A DNA stretch of 63,874 nt, filler included, from Bigelowiella natans CCMP2755 (lineage: Eukaryota > Protista > Cercozoa): the NCBI GenBank assembly GCA_000320545.1. It is 11 parts of 11 records of this genome, joined end to end, with 100 filler letters (N's around TTAATTAATTAA, not from the genome) between each part and the next. Parts side by side here need not be neighbours in the genome. Positions count along the whole stretch, not along the records: positions 26,962 to 55,409 come from ADNK01001982.1; positions 55,510 to 58,203 come from ADNK01000087.1; positions 58,304 to 60,715 come from ADNK01000999.1; positions 60,816 to 62,384 come from ADNK01000349.1; positions 62,485 to 63,874 come from ADNK01003041.1; 6 more parts are not named here. One strand, 5' to 3'. The translations under genes were made by a program, and so were the position numbers. The notes beneath the pieces are model-generated. The model did no database searches and was not told the DNA's origin. It saw only the letters and a list, made by a program, of their open reading frames with translations. Of this stretch, positions 53,189 to 63,874 are shown piece by piece; the stretch's first letter is position 1; every line of letters begins with the position of its first letter.

Positions 53189-53370
53189 AAGGGATTATTC
53201 CAAGGGTGTAAATGGGTGTAAGCTTACACCGTGAACTAGCTGAAGCGCTGACATTTACGGGTCACCCTCGCGCGAAAATTTTTCTGCATTTTGCGTTGAT
53301 TTTGTTTGCTCTTACACCCTGCTGAGTCTCTAATTTTTACATCCTCAAATCTCCGCTAGAATAATCCCTG
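53189..53370. mobile_element. 182-bp MITE, hAT-type
   Basis: Terminal inverted repeats AAGGGATTATTC...GAATAATCCCTG (11/12 match), flanked by a perfect 8-bp duplication CAGATGCC (53181-53188 and 53371-53378). Internal GGTGTAA/TTACACC repeats. Confidence 0.85.
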
Positions 53371-53580
53371 CAGATGCCTTGTACTAGTGTAGTCAATTGG
53401 TTCGTCACCAGTTGAACATGAAGCCGATGTCTAGATGTGTCTCGTCGCTAGTATTGTTATCGCGCATCGCAGAGCCAATGTGGAGGCCAATGGCCACGGA
53501 TCAAATGACAAGTTTGCATACATGCATCGGTTTGCTAATCAAATTCTTTATCATTTGAGTCGCTGTGCGTGATTGATTCG

Positions 53581-54670
53581 CTAAAGTTCAAAATCAAATT
53601 CATTTTCATCTATGCCGTCTAGCAAATTGTCCGCCATCGCGACCAAATCGGACTGAAGGCTCGGCTCCTTTTTCTGGTTTCTAATTTGGATATCATTCTT
53701 CGGGTAGCGATCTTCTGTACCCGTGCGGCCTTTGGTACGTCTCCCTTCTCGGCCGTTCTGGTTTCTGCTACTACTGTTCTCATCATCGGGAATGTCAGAA
53801 TTATTGTGCGACTTGGCAAGCACACCAAATCTGTTGCTATTTTTAGAATGATGGCTTGCGCCGGAAGTGGTAGCGATGGCACCAGTTGTTCCCATTTTGT
53901 TGGAAGGAAGAGTAGACGATGATCTTGCGTTATAGGATGCTGCTGAGATTGAACGGCGCTTACTAGAAGTAGTGGTGCCATTGCAAGGGTAATTAGAAGA
54001 AGAAGAAGAGGAGGGTTGGTTGTTACAAGATTGGTTTGAAAAAGAAGAAGACGCCGGTGTTCTCCGCAAATAGCTACGTTCAACTTTATATTCAGCGCTA
54101 GTCTTGTTGAACTGGCTTCGTGGCGCAACGAAAGATGTAGATGAGGAAGTAACATGTGATGTGGACGCTGAAGACGAAAACTTAGATTTTGTGGTGCGGT
54201 CTGGGAACGAGCGTTTAGTCCGTGTCATTGGTCGTTGCGATTTGCTCTCAAGTCTGAGAATCATAATGATTACGCAACTTACTAGACAATAATCTTACTC
54301 TCCACTCTATAAACTAACCTTCTCTTTGAAGGGAAAAATCTTGCTGCTTGTGCATCACTAGGTGGCGCATTCTGAGCAATAACAGAACAAAAAGAGAAAT
54401 TCATCAGTAGAGTGAAATTTCAAGATTCCATGGTATCCAGTGGAAGCAATGAGAAGCATTTTTTCAGCATCGAATACTTAACTTTGAAAAAAAATCAAAA
54501 AATTTCCTAGCCTTCGATTCTACTGTGTGACTACCTTGCTATTTGCTTCAAGCATAGAACAAGATGAAGAAAGTACGCCGCTTTTTACTTCAGTGAAGAA
54601 CTTCGAAATATTGCCAGGCCGTGCTCGGGGAGCACGTCGCCCTGATATTTCAATTATTGCAAAAACAGAT
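53581..54670 (-). CDS. Ser-rich low-complexity protein ending in an acidic-aromatic tail; 5' exons uncertain
   Basis: 227-codon terminal open segment ending ...DNLLDGIDENEFDFEL*, with upstream GT/AG-bounded segments. Confidence 0.55.
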
Positions 54671-55038
54671 TGAGGGAAGATCTTCGAGGTATTAAGAGTA
54701 GCTACATATGAAAAATAAAATAATACCAAACCACACACAAGGGAAATAGTTGAAAGTACTATAGTCAAAAAGTTCGCTTATGATATTAAATCCCGTCGAC
54801 ATTTTCTCTTCCTCCATAGCTCATTTAGAAGACGATGGTATTCGTATATCTATATACTACCCACCAGCAGGGAAGATGTGTACAATATTTTCCAATGTAA
54901 CGTTGAGGTAGTAGGAGCCGGGAGAGGGGTTCAACACGCTTATCTATAAAGATTTCGAAGGGGTGCAACATAGAAACAACATGGAGTAGCTGACGGAAAA
55001 GAATATGCTCGACGAGGAGTTTAATGTAAATGGAAAAC

Positions 55039-55078
<40 letters not shown>

Positions 55079-55828
55079 AGAACACACATTGATTGATTGA
55101 AAGTAGTACTTTTAATTGGATCAATAAACTATATTAACAAATCGTAAATCGTATGCGTATTCTACTGCTATTACCTGACGAACGATAATAACACATCCCG
55201 TACCCAATGTCGGATATTCGTTGAACACTTTTGCTACCAAATTTATTTTCAAATCGATTATGAAGGAGGCGATGACTCGCATATAGTGAAACCAAGGAAC
55301 ATTTGATGTTAAACACCGTTTTTGAGGATGAGAAGACATGGTGACGACTAGAGTGTTGTTCTCTCATTTCAGTACTACACACACATAGCACAGTAGCCCC
55401 CCCCCCCCCNNNNNNNNNNNNNNNNNNNNNNNNNNNNNNNNNNNNNNNNNNNNTTAATTAATTAANNNNNNNNNNNNNNNNNNNNNNNNNNNNNNNNNNN
55501 NNNNNNNNNTTTTTTAAATGTTTTCCCAAAACGCACTTGTTTTTTAAACGCGGTGCCTTAATAACGGGTTTTCTCCCCACCCCTCGCTCGAAGTCCTCCC
55601 GCCCGCCCCAGGACGCTCTTCGGGGGGGGGGGGGGGGAGGGAAGGGATTTATGTGATTCGGCAAAAATAGTAAAAGGCGTTTGGCACGAAAGGGTAGAAA
55701 TAAGTGAAAATGCGGTTTTAAAGCGCTACTACCTCCGTATCACGCCAGGAGAACGTTCCTTCTCCTTCCATGCTGCTGCTGTGGCGGCCTCTTCTCCCCC
55801 CCCCCCTCTTGGTGCACTTTTTGAGCAG

Positions 55829-55903
55829 GTACCTCACCGATCTCAGGAGCAGCTTGAGGATGCTCATGCGGAAGAACATCGCGCCCACCTGTTGATTTTT
55901 CAA

Positions 55904-55942
<39 letters not shown>

Positions 55943-56674
55943 GCGTGTGCGTGTGTTGTTATCCCGATGGAAACGGTTCTTTTTTTCGTTTTGTGCTTTT
56001 TGGATTTTTTGGATTTTTTGGATTTGACAGTTTGAATACTCCCTCCCCCTCCCCCCCTCCTCCAAAAGTCGTAGTCGGCGCGTGCGTGCGTGCGTATTTT
56101 CGTGGGAAATCAATGACTTACGAGGATGCATGTGATGGAGAAGTACATCGCGAATACGGGCACCACCCCTGGATTCTTCTCGATGATGGCGACAAACGCC
56201 CCAACCACCAGGAAACTTGCGAGAATTACCGTCCACCTGGAGGAGGAGGGGAAGGAGTAGAAGAAGAAGAAGAAGAAGAAGAAGAAGAAGAAGAATAATA
56301 TTAACAGGTATATCACTCGCCAACGCCCATAGAGGTTCGGCCATTTCCCAGAGAGACATGGAACGATGGATCGATTTTCGCACAAAAAGGGTCGTTGCGG
56401 CGTGCTATTTAGCCATAGTAGTAGTAGTAGTAGTAGTGGTAGTAGTAGTAGTAATAGCAGTAGTGGTAGCAGCAGTTGCTCTCTTTTTCCGGCACGATCG
56501 AAAGCATCAACGTTCTTTTCATCGCAGTATCTTTTTCGTCGTTTGTTACTACTACTACAACTGCTACTACTACATCTACCATGGCGCGTGGATGTTTCGT
56601 GGCAGCTGCGAGCGTTTGACTTTCATCATCTGATATTGTTGTTTTGCGTGGACGATGGAAGAATATGAGGATGA

Positions 56675-56713
<39 letters not shown>

Positions 56714-56828
56714 TGTGTATTTACACGGAAAAAATATGCAAAACATATGAATGAAACCGAAGAACAGCATTGTTCGGAAGATTGAGGATGATGTATAATT
56801 TGAATGCATGCATGCATGCATGCGTGTG

Positions 56829-56865
<37 letters not shown>

Positions 56866-57658
56866 TCTCAAGAGAAACCCCCTTACCATGTGCCCACAGG
56901 CAAACAGGAAGAGCAGCGCCAAGAAGCAGACGCTATACATCTCCGAGAGAGCCTCAACCTGCGGCGGTTGGGTCAAATCCAGTTAGAAATTGCATCAGCC
57001 CCAATTTCTCACCCCCCCCCCTCCCCCTCCTCCTCTTCCTCCTCCTCCTTCCTACTCCTACACCTACTACCTTGGCGTCCAGGATCAAGAACATCGAGAC
57101 GCATATCACCAGAAACCCGAGCTGTGTGTTAGTGTGCGGGCAGATGACGAAAAGCATCACCCGATAGATCAAACAAGCAGAGGAGGGCCTATCAGCGTTG
57201 GGAAAAAAACAGAAGCTAATCTCTCTCTCTCTCTCTCTCTCTCTCCCCCCCCCCCCCCTCCCCCCATTATTAGGTTCATCGTCTTCTCGTGCGTGTCAAT
57301 TACGATGATGTTGTGATTCGTCTGCCGGCACGTATTTGCCGCGAGGAGCCACTGCGGCATGCATCGTTCGAGAGCAAGCCTCCGGACTACTCAGGTGGAG
57401 GGAGGGAGGGAGGGGGGGGGGGGGGGGGAGAAGGAATTCGATATATTCATATATTTTATGCATATAATGAATAAGGGTTGTTGTACCGAGCCCCGTCACT
57501 CCTACAAAAGCCGTCAGCACGGCTCCGGCAAGGACTAGGAAGGCATCGATTGCCACGAGATGGTGCAGCCATTCTCCTGCGACCTGAGCGGGGATTGTTA
57601 TGTCCTATTGCCTCTGCCATTGCTATATCATTCACTGCTGCTGTTTGTTGCTATCATG

Positions 57659-57694
<36 letters not shown>

Positions 57695-57960
57695 ATGATC
57701 GTTATTCGAATAATGGGCGGTGCTTCAGATGTTTTTGGGTGTTGAATGGTATCGTTGTAGTTGCGGCTGGTGCGGCTGCTGCTGCGCTGGTATATTCTAC
57801 CTGGCGACCCATAGACGAGAGGAGCACTGACTTATGCACCCGCGCGATATCAGGAAGCGGAAATATTGCGATGGCCAAGAACATAACTCTGACGACGATG
57901 TATAGGATCAATGACCAGCAAGCTATGCGCACTGCTACTACTGATAGTATGATAAATTAG
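55829..57960 (+). CDS. Probable fragment of an unknown multi-exon gene
   Basis: Complex segments after CAG acceptors (55829, 56308, 56900, 57083, 57274) alternate with microsatellite introns. Reading frame not established. Confidence 0.3.
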
Positions 57961-57972
57961 AACGACTGCACA

Positions 57973-58016
<44 letters not shown>

Positions 58017-58020
58017 TAAT

Positions 58021-58058
<38 letters not shown>

Positions 58059-58333
58059 TGTAATCACATTGCACTCACACTACAAAAACTCACGGAAGAA
58101 ACACAGACAGGCAGGGGGTGGGGGTGAGGGAGAGGGAGAGAGAAAGCGCGCGACTCAGTTCCTTCACACTAGACGTATTCCTCCTCATCCCTTCCCCCCC
58201 CCCNNNNNNNNNNNNNNNNNNNNNNNNNNNNNNNNNNNNNNNNNNNNTTAATTAATTAANNNNNNNNNNNNNNNNNNNNNNNNNNNNNNNNNNNNNNNNN
58301 NNNCCCCCCCCCCTCCCCGCCCTCTCCTTACAG

Positions 58334-58529
58334 CGCAAGGCCGCTGCGTTTGAGAATGTACAGACGCATGTGCCGAGAGTCGAGCACAATTTCGCGATGA
58401 GCCAGAAGTCGATTCACGAGAGGGAATACTATGGCTACCAGAGGCTTGGGAATGGTGCTGCACGCTCTTCGTCCGCTTCACCGTTCATGAGGTAGGAAAG
58501 TGAGACCGCTGCTGGCGATATGAATAATA

Positions 58530-58565
<36 letters not shown>

Positions 58566-58965
58566 TATTTATATATATAAATCTCCCGCTGTTGTCGTGT
58601 TAGTAGTAGTTAGAAGAGCAGTAGTAGTAATAGTAGTAGTAGCTAGCTAGCTAGTTTGAGTAGTAACAGTGAATCATCGTAGAAAATGCAATCCTTACCT
58701 GTAGTTACCTGCATTCAATGCTGAGCGCTGAAGTAGCGTGATTATAACGCAATTCCCCCCGTCCGCCCCCCCCCTTACCATCCTTTGCCTGCCGAACAGA
58801 ATGCGAAGTCCTTTTGACGGAGTGGATTTGGATTTTGGTAGCAGTGGCGGCCATGGCCATGGCCATGGCCACGGCGGTCAGGGCGGTGGTAACAATAATA
58901 AGCATAGCAGAAACAAACGCAAGTTCGATCCGCGGAATAACCGGAAGAGTAGGTCAATGTGGTGA
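58334..58965 (+). CDS. 3' end of an unknown gene (Gly/His-rich, basic tail ...RNKRKFDPRNNRKSRSMW*)
   Basis: Acceptor-bounded exons and a terminal stop followed by an intergenic palindrome-rich tract. Confidence 0.4.
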
Positions 58966-59715
58966 GTTGTGTATGTAAATATTGAGTAAGGACGAGCGTC
59001 GACGATCGCCCATCACAACAGCGCGCGTGCAGCTGCAAAGTGATTTGTGCAAAACACAATTGATGCAAGCCGAATATTCAGATGAGAACTTGCAAAATTT
59101 GTTAATTTTGCTCTTAGATAGCTACATGTTGAATGTGAACGTGCAACGAGCTTGATGACGACTTCATCAGCAAGCACATGCATCTTTGTTGCACAACTAA
59201 TGAGCTACATATTACTGGATTGGAGCGACGTTTAGAAAATTTTGAGAAAAAACATGAATGGAACAATTAATTGCATTCTGTCAATGGTCATCCTAAGGCA
59301 CATGTGTTCATGTGCTTACATATGTCTGTGATGGATGTGCTGCCATGCGCGCGCTTTTGAACTGTTGCAATTGCTGCCGTGCTAGCGTGTCCCAGCAGCG
59401 AGCACATCGTGCATGTGTAGAAGCACTTGCTACAGCAGCTGCTAGTGCAATCAACTTCTGAACCACAAGACGGATGTGATGAAATCTTGAAATTTTTTCA
59501 ATGGTCATCAACTTCTGACCAACATGCTGACATGCGAGGAGCAGGGCTATCTAGCTATGTGGTTTAATGCGAACAATTTGCTGATTTATCCATGACAAAC
59601 GCCGCTCTTTCATGACACGACAACTTGTTCCGATCCAACGATTTTACAGAAGGCACCATCCATGTGCATGAAAAGGCGGATGTAATGAAGTGACCAAATC
59701 TTTTCAATAGTCATC

Positions 59716-59897
59716 CTAATGTGGCCATCCATGTACATATCCACGATCATTTTCGCAATCGATTGATGCTAGGATTTCATTTCCTTGGCAGATCGAAGAC
59801 AATCGCGGGGTGTACCTGTGAGTATGGCCAACGCACGCACGCATCCACGCGCGCGCACACACGAAAACCACACACCATGCAAGCGAACCAATGAGGC

Positions 59898-59934
<37 letters not shown>

Positions 59935-60134
59935 CCTCAACCGATAAACAAAGTAGCTAAGGCGACTCACAGGTCTGTACTGGAAGTTGCAGGTGGACGC
60001 GTTGATATACTTTGTGAGCCTGGCAGCAGAGAAAGAAGGCAACGGTTCTCGTGTTTGGATTAGTATCACAACTATTATCTTATTAGTAGTAGCAGTAACA
60101 GTTGTAGTAGTAGTATTTTGGTAGGGACGCTGTG

Positions 60135-60173
<39 letters not shown>

Positions 60174-60212
60174 GAAACGTCAAAAAGAGTAGAAATCGGT
60201 ATATGATCATTG

Positions 60213-60244
<32 letters not shown>

Positions 60245-60432
60245 AGTCACATCATCACATTCATCCATCAAATCATCTTGTTAGCGATCTTACCCGTCCG
60301 TAGTGGTGCCGTAGCCTTCATGCACATGGCCTGCCAAGGGGGGAGGGGGGGAGAGCACAATGAGCACGATGTTGGAGAATATAGCGTACGATATGTATCT
60401 GCAATAAAACTTATATATTTATACTCATTTAC

Positions 60433-60469
<37 letters not shown>

Positions 60470-60700
60470 TAAATATATGTATATGCGAAATCGTGAGGGG
60501 GTTGAGAGAGCACCAATTTTTTTCAATCTCTGCCATCATCACCATCGTCACCATCATCATCATCATCGAGATATTATATCCTACTACTACTACTACTACC
60601 GAAGATGTGGTACAGCGGTCGCACTCTTTGCTGAACGGCGTGCAAGCAGATCCAATGCATCCGGCCCTACGATCAAGCGTTGCATGTTTTGATTTCATTG
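59716..60700 (-). CDS. 3' exons of an unknown gene
   Basis: Short complex segments between microsatellite introns with minus-strand AG/GT boundaries. Confidence 0.3.
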
Positions 60701-62034
60701 CAAAACCCACACACANNNNNNNNNNNNNNNNNNNNNNNNNNNNNNNNNNNNNNNNNNNNTTAATTAATTAANNNNNNNNNNNNNNNNNNNNNNNNNNNNN
60801 NNNNNNNNNNNNNNNCGGCCTGCGAGCCAAGTCCTGCTGTTCTTCTAGCTGCTGTGACATTGTTAGTCAAATCGTTTCCCGTGTGTGGAAGCCAAAGGTT
60901 GTTGCGCGTAAGGTGTTCACAGGCCGAGGCGCTACGTGCACAAGTAGGCAGGGGGGGGGAAAGGCACGTTTGCTTCCTTTTGAAGAGTTGTGTTTATTTT
61001 TATTAAAGATTATATTTTTATTAAATCGTGCACTGCGTAATCATTCGCGAAGCTTTCGCGAATGCCGCCGCACGTGGGGCAGCACACTTCCGGTGTGCTG
61101 CCATGAGTCCCGCCGGAACCCACGTGCCTATGCTGTATTAATATCTACGTTATCTATATTCTATATCCGCGACAACCCCTTTGTTGTCGCACGTGACTTG
61201 TGCCCGCGTAGTGGTACGCGCTACATCATGTGAATGGCGACAAGCCACAGAGGACTGTCGCCTCAGGCCGTGCATGCGAGCGTAACGAGCGCTTGTTCCG
61301 TGCATCATGTACATCTTGTCTCTAGGAACATGCATGTGATTTGTACCAACAAATGAGCATGTTGCGCATGCACGTGCATCGAGTCAACGAGCTTAATAGC
61401 CTACATGTGATCGAGCATCGCGCATCCGCCCGCTCACTACTGCTAGCCAGGCTAGCGTAGCATGTTACGGTGGTGTCACGCATATGTAGCGTGCACAAGC
61501 GAACGACTTTCCAACATGTAGTACATGGCGATTCCATGAAGCCAGTTCACCATTACTAGCTTGGTGAGTACACGCTGGCATGTACCCAGCCAGTTGCTAA
61601 CACTTTCAGCTTGTCACGGCGTGCTCACGCAATTACATCGTAGCACACTACTAGACTAGCATTATATGGATGTGAATGTCGCACATCCCTGTGGTTATGT
61701 CTAAAATGTATGGCAAATCGCAACTTTCTAAGCCTTTCACATCACAGGGACTTTTGATGTCGCTAGCTCAATAAAAATGCGACAAAAAATTGACACTCCT
61801 AGTCAGTTCTCTGTTTCTTCTCCGGCTGAGCTTCTTTCTTTGTCTTCAAAAACTCGACCAATTTTGCTAAAGCTTTGGACCTTTTTAGGAGTTATCGAAC
61901 GTCAGATCTCCATCATCATCAATCATCGACTGAGGGAGAGGATGGTGAGCAGTATTATGTTGCAACTAGCATGCTGTTGATTAGGTTTTGTGCAAATCTG
62001 TAAATATCTTTTACATTTAAACCACAAACTACTC

Positions 62035-62186
<152 letters not shown>

Positions 62187-62585
62187 TTGTTGTTTATATG
62201 TCAGAGATATATATATATACACACAACACCTACGCGAGCGCGAGCGTGAAAGGGCCTGAGAGCGCGCGCGACTCACTCTCTGTGTGTGTGATAGATCGAT
62301 ATAGAGAGCTCTCGCGCGCTCACTCAGCGAGAGAGCGCGAGCTCTAGCTAGATCGCGCGCGTGTACAGACACACAGACACACGCNNNNNNNNNNNNNNNN
62401 NNNNNNNNNNNNNNNNNNNNNNNNNNNNTTAATTAATTAANNNNNNNNNNNNNNNNNNNNNNNNNNNNNNNNNNNNNNNNNNNNGATAAGGTGGGTGAAA
62501 AGGGCACTCGCGAGGCTCTCGATGTCAGTGTCAAAACGTGTATGCTCGATGGTAGCAGTTTGGAATATATCACTATACAGTCCAA

Positions 62586-62629
<44 letters not shown>

Positions 62630-62693
62630 TGAGTGTGTGTGTGTGTGTGTGTGTGTACAATATTCATTATTGCTTATTTCATATGTCCCTCAG

Positions 62694-63142
62694 GTTTTGC
62701 AAGGAGATCGGAGAAGACAACATTGACTACATCGTTGCCAACGACATCGATGAATCTGCCACGCAGGTGAGGGATGAGCTATCAATCTGGCATATAATAG
62801 AGCATCTCGTCTGCAATCTGTTGATTCTGGCGATTTGGCAATTCGCGCTTTACGATTTACAGAAGAACCCCCTCCCACCCCCCGCTCCATCTGGTTTATT
62901 AGTTCATAGAACGGAACTTGCAATTCAATGGCATTCGGTACTCAAACGATCCAGAGGCAAGATTCTTCGCGAGAAGAGGTGCCGGGAGAGATGAGGAGGA
63001 GCTTGGTCCTCGATCTACAAGGAACGATACGGACGCTCCCCGGAGCAAAGAAGGGTGCCGCGTGTTTACATCCAACGAGGACGCTGCGTTTCTCATGTAA
63101 TAAAAGAGATTTTTACCTTTTAAAACTTCAAAATAACGACAC

Positions 63143-63203
<61 letters not shown>

Positions 63204-63422
63204 TTGTTTAACTCTTATACCGGCAAGCTCCTCACCAACACGCACACGGCTCAGGTATAAGTTCAAACGCCAGATGATGCAATATCGAGGCCGGCCGTCG
63301 TGTCAAATCAACGATGACAACAGCAGCAGCTCCTCGGTAGAAGGCGCTGCTATTGCTGACTCGAAGCGGCCATCCCCCCCTCCTCCGACGACCTTCAATG
63401 TCATCGACTTGGACCCTTACGG
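62694..63422 (+). CDS. TRM1: tRNA (guanine-26-N2)-dimethyltransferase Trm1, internal fragment
   Basis: RFCKEIG...IVANDIDESA, FNG, SNEDAAFLM and FNVIDLDPYG (Trm1 signature DLDPYG). Confidence 0.9.
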
Positions 63423-63522
63423 GTAGTACGAAGAGGCGTTGTGTTGCTGTGGGTTAGAAGAGTGGAAGAGCAGGAACACTTGGTGGCGCATAAGCGAGAG
63501 ATTTTCTTTTTTTAATGTCAAA

Positions 63523-63564
<42 letters not shown>

Positions 63565-63874
63565 GTATGTTAACTATAGTTGAAAGCGCGCGCTTTGAAC
63601 TGGAACCGATGTCTCAACGGTGTACTCGTTCAGAACTTCTAGGAAGAGAGGGAGAGAGCGCGCATATATAGAATCATTTCCCCCCACCTATCGCCCCCCC
63701 CCCTCGCGTGCTCTGATCCTCGGGCACATACACAGCACCTAGGTTGTTGGTAGCGTGGAACATCCGATTCTCACACTTGGTAGTGAAAGCATGCTATTTT
63801 GCGTAAGAGGTAAGGGTATTCAGACCTCATAGCGAAGCATGATGTTGCCAATGCATGGAAGGTGAAACAAGCTC

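Overview
Intron-rich eukaryotic nuclear DNA made of 11 contigs joined by ten artificial 100-bp linkers (N-run, TTAATTAATTAA, N-run), so gene order across linkers cannot be trusted. A nucleus-encoded Tic40 suggests an alga with a green-lineage plastid, and a SHIPPO/ODF3-type gene suggests a flagellated stage. A chlorarachniophyte-like organism is plausible but is inference only. Most ORFs in the supplied track are microsatellite translations, so genes were rebuilt exon by exon by eye. Recognisable genes: Tic40, UBA-domain protein, EHD/RME-1 ATPase, class-3 lipase, 2-oxoacid dehydrogenase E1, Cys-less pentameric ligand-gated channel, class IV aminotransferase, ODF3/STPG-like protein, RNI-like LRR protein, PH-domain protein, minimal phytochelatin synthase, 2OG-Fe(II) dioxygenase, intronless mannitol(-1-P) dehydrogenase, SDR and Trm1. 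The main highlights are: (1) a Ty3/Gypsy pol whose integrase ends in a divergent Dam/DIRS1-type adenine-methyltransferase-like domain; (2) CTAG/CATG/TGCA/GCTAGC palindrome-rich tracts that lie downstream of gene 3' ends and are absent from the divergent promoter gaps; (3) a 182-bp hAT-type MITE with an 8-bp target-site duplication.
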